This document shows, piece by piece, positions 57,563-64,000 of a stretch of DNA of 64,000 nt; position 1 is the stretch's first letter, and every line of letters begins with the position of its first letter. The stretch covers positions 1,292-65,291 of the forward strand of contig JAZRAI010000005.1 of assembly GCA_045634455.1 (NCBI GenBank), written 5' to 3'. Under the pieces are notes generated by a model. It had not been told where the DNA came from. It searched no databases and saw nothing but the letters and a program-made list of their open reading frames with translations. The position numbers were made by a program, and so were the translations under genes. Origin of the DNA: Acutalibacteraceae bacterium. Its GTDB lineage: Bacteria > Bacillota > Clostridia > Oscillospirales > Acutalibacteraceae.

Positions 57563-57682
57563 TTAGAAATTGGTAAAAAAATACTGTGCGGAGTAATAGC
57601 CTATAAAGAAAAGCGCTATCACCGCCGCCGTATAAAGCATAGATTTTAAAAATATACTTTTAGCTCTGCTGTTCTTTTCCAT
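57563..57682 (-). CDS. possible small membrane protein, 39 aa
   Basis: Own translation: MEKNSRAKSIFLKSMLYTAAVIALFFIGYYSAQYFFTNF. GAGGTG RBS 7 nt upstream. Confidence 0.35.
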   Translation of the reverse strand: MEKNSRAKSIFLKSMLYTAAVIALFFIGYYSAQYFFTNF

Positions 57683-57742
57683 TTCAAAACACCTCAACGG
57701 TAGTTTTGACGTAAAAAACAGTATTTAAACACGAGGTGTTCT

Positions 57743-58240
57743 ATGACCGTTTACCGACTTACAGAAAACCGACTGAAAATTGCCCTTACCTACACAGAAA
57801 TCGCATTAGGTTTCGGCGGATTAAGAGAGCTTATCTCCATGAACGAGAAGGTAAAACTCCGCCTTAAACTGCTTATTTCCAACGTAGCAAACAGTTTTTA
57901 TATACAGGGAGAAAGAATTAAAGCAAGACTTTCTATTACCGCCGATAAAGGTTGCTTTATCGAGCTTTGCTTCGCAAATCCCTATCTTTACTATTTTCAT
58001 TCGAGTGAACAGCTGATAAAATCCGTAATCAATATATTCCCTATGTGCAAAAACATAAAAAGCGATTTATTTTTAATGGATAACGGATACAGAATACTAT
58101 CAAGTGCTAAGCTAAACGGTTTCTGCGAATATGAAAGCCAAAACGGAATTCATATTGCCTACACAAAAGAATACGGTAAACCGCTTATCTTAAATAATGC
58201 AATTTACCGTTTTGGAAAGGCTTTTATTAAAGACTTTTAA
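57743..58240 (+). CDS. hypothetical protein, possibly MecA-like adaptor (N-terminal pattern only)
   Basis: MTVYRLTENRLKIALTYTEI resembles the MecA N-terminus. Weak evidence. Confidence 0.3.
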   Translation: MTVYRLTENRLKIALTYTEIALGFGGLRELISMNEKVKLRLKLLISNVANSFYIQGERIKARLSITADKGCFIELCFANPYLYYFHSSEQLIKSVINIFPMCKNIKSDLFLMDNGYRILSSAKLNGFCEYESQNGIHIAYTKEYGKPLILNNAIYRFGKAFIKDF

Positions 58241-58871
58241 GATATGCCATTCTCTCTTCCATATCGTCGGTAAAGAGATAACTTCCCGCAACCAGAACGT
58301 CTGCTCCCGCTTCTACTGCAAGAGGTGCAGTTTCAGCATTGATACCACCATCAATTTCAAGCAAAACATCAAGTCCTTGCCTGATGATTTCTTTTTTCAA
58401 GGCTTCGAGCTTCGAGAGTGACTCAGGCATAAATTTCTGACCGCCAAAGCCGGGTTCAACCGACATTACAAGCACCATATCGCAAAGTGGTAAAAGGTGG
58501 AAAATTTCCTCAGGGGCTGTGCAGGGCTTAATGGTAAGGCAAGACTTACATCCAAGCTCTCGGATTTTTTTGAGGGTTTCCTCAACAGGGCTACCGGCCT
58601 CGAAATGGAAGCCGAGATAATCCGCCGCTTTTGCAAAATCCTCTATGTATCTATGCGGTCTGTCTATCATCAAATGGACATCAAGCGTAACATTTGTATG
58701 CTTTTTAATAGCACTTATTACGGGCATACCGAATGAAATATTAGGTACAAAAATACCGTCCATAACATCTAAATGGAGCATATCTGTTCCTACTTTTTCA
58801 AATCGCTTAACATCCGCCTTTAAATCAGCAAAATCAGCCGATAATACCGACGGAGAAATTTTAACTGCCAT
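58227..58871 (-). CDS. rpe: ribulose-phosphate 3-epimerase
   Basis: SPSVLSADF, HLDVMDG, VEPGFGGQKF, IDGGIN. Confidence 0.9.
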   Translation of the reverse strand: MAVKISPSVLSADFADLKADVKRFEKVGTDMLHLDVMDGIFVPNISFGMPVISAIKKHTNVTLDVHLMIDRPHRYIEDFAKAADYLGFHFEAGSPVEETLKKIRELGCKSCLTIKPCTAPEEIFHLLPLCDMVLVMSVEPGFGGQKFMPESLSKLEALKKEIIRQGLDVLLEIDGGINAETAPLAVEAGADVLVAGSYLFTDDMEERMAYLKSL

Positions 58872-58958
58872 AGTTTTAAACCCCTTTTGAATATACTATA
58901 TCAATTTTAAACCCTTTGACTCCTTTTGTCAATATTGCTTATAAAATATATTCTCTAT

Positions 58959-59504
58959 TTAGACATTATATCTAAGATAAATTTCACTATTTTCGAGATT
59001 TTTCCATAAAAACTCGCCGTTTTCGAGCATCATATAACTATGACAGGAATCCTCCTTAGGAATAGAAACCGAACCGGGATTCATATAAACAAAATTCTCA
59101 TACTCTGTGCATTTTGGAATGTGAGTATGCCCGTTTAAAAGAATATCACCTTTCGCCAAAGGCGGCAAGGTTGATGGGTTATAGTTATGTCCGTGTGTAG
59201 CGTAAATTAACTTATCTCCTACGGGAATTACCGCATAATCTGCAAGAACGGGAAAGGATAACACCATTTGGTCTACCTCTGTATCGCAATTACCCCTTAC
59301 ACAAAGTAGTTTTTCCTTTATGGGATTAAGCATTTCTATTACTTTTTTAGGTGCATAATCTCTTGGTAAATCGTTGCGCGGACCGTGATATAAAATATCA
59401 CCTAAAAGTATAATTCTGTCAGCGTTTTCTTTTTCTATTGCTTTTAAAAGCAGGTCGCAATAAAAAGCTGAGCCATGTATATCACTTGCAATTAAAAATT
59501 TCAT
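58959..59504 (-). CDS. YfcE-like metallophosphoesterase
   Basis: ASDIHGS, LLGDILYHGPRN, RGNCD, THGH, NGHTH. Confidence 0.75.
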   Translation of the reverse strand: MKFLIASDIHGSAFYCDLLLKAIEKENADRIILLGDILYHGPRNDLPRDYAPKKVIEMLNPIKEKLLCVRGNCDTEVDQMVLSFPVLADYAVIPVGDKLIYATHGHNYNPSTLPPLAKGDILLNGHTHIPKCTEYENFVYMNPGSVSIPKEDSCHSYMMLENGEFLWKNLENSEIYLRYNV

Positions 59505-59505
59505 T

Positions 59506-60003
59506 TTACTCTCCTATAAAAACTTTTTCTATTTTTCCTATAATCATATTGTGCAAATCGCCGTTATACCATTTTTGAAGCGGTTCTTTATCGCAAAAAG
59601 CATTCTCGCTAAGCGGGGCTACATATTGCTTTTTACAAACAAGTACAAGCCTTGCCTCAGCGAAATAAACAGTATTATCTGCAAAAATCGGAGTAAGACC
59701 GGTAAGTTCGGTTTTATCAACATCCCTTCCCGACATAGAACCGCAAACCTTATGAATTTGCCTTTCATTTCCGTAAAAGCTAAGTGTAAAATAATCCGAC
59801 TTATCAATAAATTCCATTGTATATCTCTGCGGGCGCACCATAACCGAAACCGCATCGTTTCCCCACATTTCGCCCATAAAGCCCCATGAAGCCGTCATCA
59901 TATTATATCCGTCCTTATTTCCGGCGGTTATCAGCATCCATTCATTGCTTATAATATCTATCAGATTTTCCTTAATCTCGCAAGCTTTAATTTCTCTAAA
60001 CAA
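59506..60003 (-). CDS. flavin reductase-like (FMN-binding split-barrel) protein
   Basis: WMLITAG..YNMMTASWG pattern. Confidence 0.55.
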   Translation of the reverse strand: MFREIKACEIKENLIDIISNEWMLITAGNKDGYNMMTASWGFMGEMWGNDAVSVMVRPQRYTMEFIDKSDYFTLSFYGNERQIHKVCGSMSGRDVDKTELTGLTPIFADNTVYFAEARLVLVCKKQYVAPLSENAFCDKEPLQKWYNGDLHNMIIGKIEKVFIGE

Positions 60004-60013
60004 AAAACCACTC

Positions 60014-62023
60014 CTAATTACTGTTTAATTTAGTGTACAAAGCCTTAATTTGAGCTTTAAGACCTACATTTTCTTCATTTTCAAGCTTCTTATCGGTTTT
60101 AAGCAACAATTCTGCCTCTTTCCCCGCAATATGCAAAACGCTTCTATCGGCAAAAAGGTCTGCGATTTTCATATCGGGTAATCCGTGCTGACGCGAACCC
60201 AAAAAGTCACCCGGACCTCTGAGTTCTAAATCGGCATCAGCAATTTTAAAACCGTCCGAAGTTTCCTTTATTACATTTAAACGCTCTGCATTAGTATCGG
60301 AAATAAGGATACAGTCTGATTTTTCTGAACCTCTGCCAATTCTACCTCTTAACTGATGAAGCTGAGAAAGACCGAAGCGCTCGGCATTTTCTATAACCAT
60401 TATAACGGCATTTGGCACGTCTATACCTACCTCTATTACCGTAGTTGAAATAAGCAGGTCTATTTCTCCAAGTGAAAAAGCGCGCATCACCTTTTCTTTT
60501 TCGCGTGGTTTCATTTTTCCGTGCAAAAGACCGAGCCTATAATTTTTAAACTCGCCGTTTTTAAGATTTTCATAATATTCGGTAGCCGAGGTTAAATCGC
60601 TTTCCTCATTTTCCTCCACCATAGGGCAAACAATATAGCCTTGACGTCCTTCATCCAGGAATTTTTTAATATACTTGTAAATTCGCGTTCTGTAAGAGGT
60701 ATCCACAAGATAAGTGTCAATTTTTTGTCTTCCTTTTGGATACTCGTCAATAATACTAATATCAAGGTCGCCGTAAAGTATAAGTCCCAAAGTTCTCGGT
60801 ATAGGTGTGGCCGACATTACAAGTGTATGCGGATTTTTCGCTTTATTTGACAGTTTACCTCTTTGTGAAACGCCAAAGCGGTGTTGCTCATCAGTTACAA
60901 CAAGTCCCAAATTCCAAAATGTAACATCATCAGAAATAATTGCGTGAGTTCCTACAAGAACATCAATTTCACCCGATAAAAGCTTATTCTTTATAATTTC
61001 TTTTTGCTTTTTGGTGGTAGAGCCTGTAAGCAAAGCAACATTAATTCCGCTGTTTTCAAAGAAAGCGCTTATTGTTTTAAAATGTTGTTCTGCTAAAATT
61101 TCAGTAGGAGCCATAAGTGCAGATTGAAAACCGTTCTTAGCCGAAACATACATAAGCGCAGCGCTTACAGCCGTTTTTCCGCTTCCTACGTCACCTTGAA
61201 CAAGTCTGTTCATTGGGCGCTCACTTTTCATATCCGAAAGACATTCGTTTATTACCCTCTTTTGAGCAGAGGTTAGTGAAAAAGGCAATAAACCTTCAAA
61301 CTCTGCAAAGCAGTCCCTTTTAATAATACTTGCCGTCTTTCCGCGTTTATGCTCTTTAAGTAGCATAAGGCCCGTTTGCAAAACAAAAAGTTCCTCAAAA
61401 ACAAGTCTTTTCTTTGCTTTTTCAAAGCCTTCCTTGGTTTTTGGAAAATGTATATTATTTAATGCCGTTTTAATATCCGCAAGGTCGTTTCTCTCTCTTA
61501 CGGATTTCGGCAACGTCTCTATCGGTTCGGTGGCAAAAAGTGCTGTTTTTACAAGCTTTTCAAGTGCTTTTGAGGAAAGTTGCTTAGAGGCAGGATAAAT
61601 CGGCTCAATGCCCATAAACGTTGCTTCCTTGATTATTGGCGAAGACATCTGCCTTATGTAAAAATCGCCCTGACACCTGCCGTAAAACAAATATTCGCGG
61701 TCTACTCGCAAGGACTCTGCCAAATAACGCTGATTAAAAAGCGTTATTTGCATTCTGCCGCTATTATCCTCTACTATAAATTTATAAAGCGTCATTGAGC
61801 GCTTTTCTATTGTTTCAACGGGGGTAACGATTCTTGCTTTTATACAGCAATTTTCATAAAAGGAAGCCTTGGAAATTTCTGTTATATCAGTCCAATCAAG
61901 ATAAGCTCTCGGATAAAAGTGCAAAAGGGCATCGACAGTATCGATACCCTTAACATTTAGATATTCAGCCCTTTTTTCACCAACACCCTTTAAATATCTG
62001 ATGTCAGTATTGGGAGTTATCAT
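60014..62023 (-). CDS. recG: ATP-dependent DNA helicase RecG
   Basis: GDVGSGKT, VVTDEQHRFG, MSATPIPRT, QLRGRIGRG, N-terminal wedge/OB region. Confidence 0.95.
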   Translation of the reverse strand: MITPNTDIRYLKGVGEKRAEYLNVKGIDTVDALLHFYPRAYLDWTDITEISKASFYENCCIKARIVTPVETIEKRSMTLYKFIVEDNSGRMQITLFNQRYLAESLRVDREYLFYGRCQGDFYIRQMSSPIIKEATFMGIEPIYPASKQLSSKALEKLVKTALFATEPIETLPKSVRERNDLADIKTALNNIHFPKTKEGFEKAKKRLVFEELFVLQTGLMLLKEHKRGKTASIIKRDCFAEFEGLLPFSLTSAQKRVINECLSDMKSERPMNRLVQGDVGSGKTAVSAALMYVSAKNGFQSALMAPTEILAEQHFKTISAFFENSGINVALLTGSTTKKQKEIIKNKLLSGEIDVLVGTHAIISDDVTFWNLGLVVTDEQHRFGVSQRGKLSNKAKNPHTLVMSATPIPRTLGLILYGDLDISIIDEYPKGRQKIDTYLVDTSYRTRIYKYIKKFLDEGRQGYIVCPMVEENEESDLTSATEYYENLKNGEFKNYRLGLLHGKMKPREKEKVMRAFSLGEIDLLISTTVIEVGIDVPNAVIMVIENAERFGLSQLHQLRGRIGRGSEKSDCILISDTNAERLNVIKETSDGFKIADADLELRGPGDFLGSRQHGLPDMKIADLFADRSVLHIAGKEAELLLKTDKKLENEENVGLKAQIKALYTKLNSN

Positions 62024-62049
62024 TTATATCACCATAGCCTTCGAAAAAA

Positions 62050-63726
62050 TTATTCAACCGAAACAATGTAATAATATACAGGCTGACCGCCATCAATAAA
62101 GGTGATTTCTACACGGCTTCCGTATTTTTCTTCTATCTTCGCTTGTATTTCATTGGCGGTACGCAAATCAACATCTGCGCCATGAATAACGGTTACAAAC
62201 TGACTGTCCTTTTTAATCATTTGCTTTAAAAGTTTTAAAACGGTAGCAGTCAAATCTGTATCAACATAGGTAATCTTACCGCCAAGCAGTGCCATAAGCT
62301 CGCCTTTTTTAATCTTGTGACCGTCAAAATCAGAATCTCTTGCCGCAAAGGTAATCTGACCTGTGGCAATATTCTCTGCTGCTTTTTCCATCTCGATAGC
62401 GTTTGCTTCGCTATCTGCATCGGGATCGAAAGTAAGCATTGCAGTAATACCCTGAGGAATTGTGCGTGTGTGAAGCACTATTACTTTACGGGTACTAATC
62501 GGTATCGTCTGCTCTGCTGCCATAATAATATTCTTGTTATTAGGAAGAACATATACAGTTTCAGCAGGAGTAGCTTCAATAGCCTTTAATATATCATCGG
62601 TGCTGGGGTTCATTGTCTGACCGCCGGAAACTACTGTATCAACACCTAAATCCTTGAACAAAGATTCAAGACCTGCGCCTGCCGAAACAGCCACAAAACC
62701 GAAAGGCTTGGTAGGTTCAACAGGAGTAAAGGTTTCTGTTCTGTCAGCACTCTTTGCAGGCTTTTTCTTGGAGGTTTCTGCGTCATGCTTTGCTCTTTCG
62801 TGTTGGTCACGCATATTTTCTATCTTTAAATGAACAAGCGAACCAAAGGTAAGTGCATTTTCAATAGCATTACCGGGATGGTCTGTGTGAACGTGTACCT
62901 TAATAATTTCCTCATCATCAACCACAACAACGCAGTCACCGATAGTTTCAAGGAAAAGTCTTAACTCGTTAGGCTCTTTCTCACATTCAGGATTTCTGTT
63001 TACAATAAACTCGGTGCAGTAGGTAAAGGTAATTTCACCCTCAAACTCGCCTGCGGCATTTCTTGATTCCTCACCCTCGGGTTCTTCAACGTTAGAAGCA
63101 GAGTTAGAAGGAATGACAATGCCATCCTTAAAAACAGAGTACATACCCTTTAAAATAAGCACAAAGCCATATCCGCCCGCGTCAACAACACCTGCTTTTT
63201 TTAGCTGAGGCAAAAGCTCGGGAGTTTCTGCCAAAGCCTTTTCAGCACCTTCAATAGCTGCCTCGAAAACGCCAAGCTCATCCTTGCCATCGCGCAATGC
63301 GGATTTTGCATATTCACTTGCAACTCGGGCAACTGTTAAAATGGTACCCTCTGTCGGCTTGATAACAGCCTTATATGCTGCCTCAACGCCAAGCTCTAAC
63401 GCACGTGAAATATTTTCTGCAGTAACATATTCATCATCTGCCATACCCTTAGCAAAACCACGGAACAAAAGTGATGTAATAACACCTGAGTTGCCTCTTG
63501 CACCTCTTAACAAAGCAGAAGCATTTGTAGCTGCTACCTTACCTGCATTAGCACCGCTTAACTTTTCAAGTTCTCTTGCGCTGTTTGAAAGCGTCATAGA
63601 CATATTTGTACCTGTATCACCGTCAGGAACGGGGAATACATTTAAATCGTCAACCTGTTTTCTGTTATTTGAAAGGTTGTTTGCCGCGGAAATTATCGCT
63701 TTAGACAATATATCGCCGTTAATCAT
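62050..63726 (-). CDS. DAK2 domain-containing protein (YloV-like)
   Basis: LNVFPVPDGDTGTNM and RGNSGVI. Confidence 0.85.
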   Translation of the reverse strand: MINGDILSKAIISAANNLSNNRKQVDDLNVFPVPDGDTGTNMSMTLSNSARELEKLSGANAGKVAATNASALLRGARGNSGVITSLLFRGFAKGMADDEYVTAENISRALELGVEAAYKAVIKPTEGTILTVARVASEYAKSALRDGKDELGVFEAAIEGAEKALAETPELLPQLKKAGVVDAGGYGFVLILKGMYSVFKDGIVIPSNSASNVEEPEGEESRNAAGEFEGEITFTYCTEFIVNRNPECEKEPNELRLFLETIGDCVVVVDDEEIIKVHVHTDHPGNAIENALTFGSLVHLKIENMRDQHERAKHDAETSKKKPAKSADRTETFTPVEPTKPFGFVAVSAGAGLESLFKDLGVDTVVSGGQTMNPSTDDILKAIEATPAETVYVLPNNKNIIMAAEQTIPISTRKVIVLHTRTIPQGITAMLTFDPDADSEANAIEMEKAAENIATGQITFAARDSDFDGHKIKKGELMALLGGKITYVDTDLTATVLKLLKQMIKKDSQFVTVIHGADVDLRTANEIQAKIEEKYGSRVEITFIDGGQPVYYYIVSVE

Positions 63727-63783
63727 TGTAACACTCCTTGAACAGACAAAAACATTTTATGTTTTTTCCTAATAATCGTAAAA

Positions 63784-64000
63784 TTACTCTTTAATGCCGT
63801 CAACCTTAACAATTACCTTCTCAACATTGATACCGGCAACCTCGTTAACAACATATTTAACCTTCTCAGTAATGCTTGCTGCAATAGCGTTGATATTCAT
63901 ACCGTAAATCACAACAATATGGATTTCAACGGTAGCGCCTTGTGCAGTACCAAACACCCTTATACCTTTATTGATAGGTGCTTCCTTTGAAACAACACCC
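63784..64000 (-). CDS. Asp23/Gls24 family protein (YloU-like), C-terminal part, truncated by the window end
   Basis: Own minus-strand translation ends ..GATVEIHIVVIYGMNINAIAASITEKVKYVVNEVAGINVEKVIVKVDGIKE*. Confidence 0.75.
   Translation of the reverse strand, partial: GVVSKEAPINKGIRVFGTAQGATVEIHIVVIYGMNINAIAASITEKVKYVVNEVAGINVEKVIVKVDGIKE

Overview
Low-GC Firmicutes (Clostridia-type, spore-former) chromosome fragment. All product calls come from motif recognition in the supplied translations; no database search was possible. About 13.9-64 kb is ordinary core genome: rluB, a D-Ala-D-Ala carboxypeptidase, ytfJ/ytfI, scpAB, an M50 protease, a MATE pump, Crp/Fnr plus an ABC importer, tex, a GldA/F/G-like ABC cluster, folD, lgt, an M16 peptidase pair, cls, a split chrA, plsC, an AbrB-like regulator, ung, L-box-dapA-lysA, mrdA-mreDCB, a lipid kinase, tsaD, a PTP-RimI fusion, polA, rpe, recG, and yloV/yloU-like genes. 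The left ~14 kb is accessory and holds the interesting material. (1) A tight three-gene minus-strand operon (229-6406) encodes enzyme-less secreted proteins with cohesin-like and dockerin-like modules. By my count they carry 33 Cys-x(12-14)-Cys-x2-Cys...Gly-His repeat units, including four near-identical 117/120-bp tandem repeats. (2) A small Hin-type serine invertase (6737-7345) sits next to two 26-bp hix-like sites (12+2+12 bp) whose 2-bp cores are reverse complements (GT vs AC). These sites bracket a 154-bp segment carrying a sigma-A-type promoter that currently points away from the surface operon. I read this as a putative invertible phase switch captured in the OFF state. (3) An AT-rich island (about 6.4-12.7 kb, near tRNA-Leu(UAA)) carries a monocistronic 618-aa PIN-like protein gene and a tightly packed four-gene operon. 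The operon encodes an XRE HTH protein, a wHTH protein with PD-(D/E)xK-like motifs, a bare Hanks-type Ser/Thr kinase, and an unknown 403-aa protein. It matches no defence, toxin-antitoxin or signalling system I can name and is my best candidate for an undescribed conflict/defence system. No CRISPR array, rRNA, transposase or prophage structural genes were seen.
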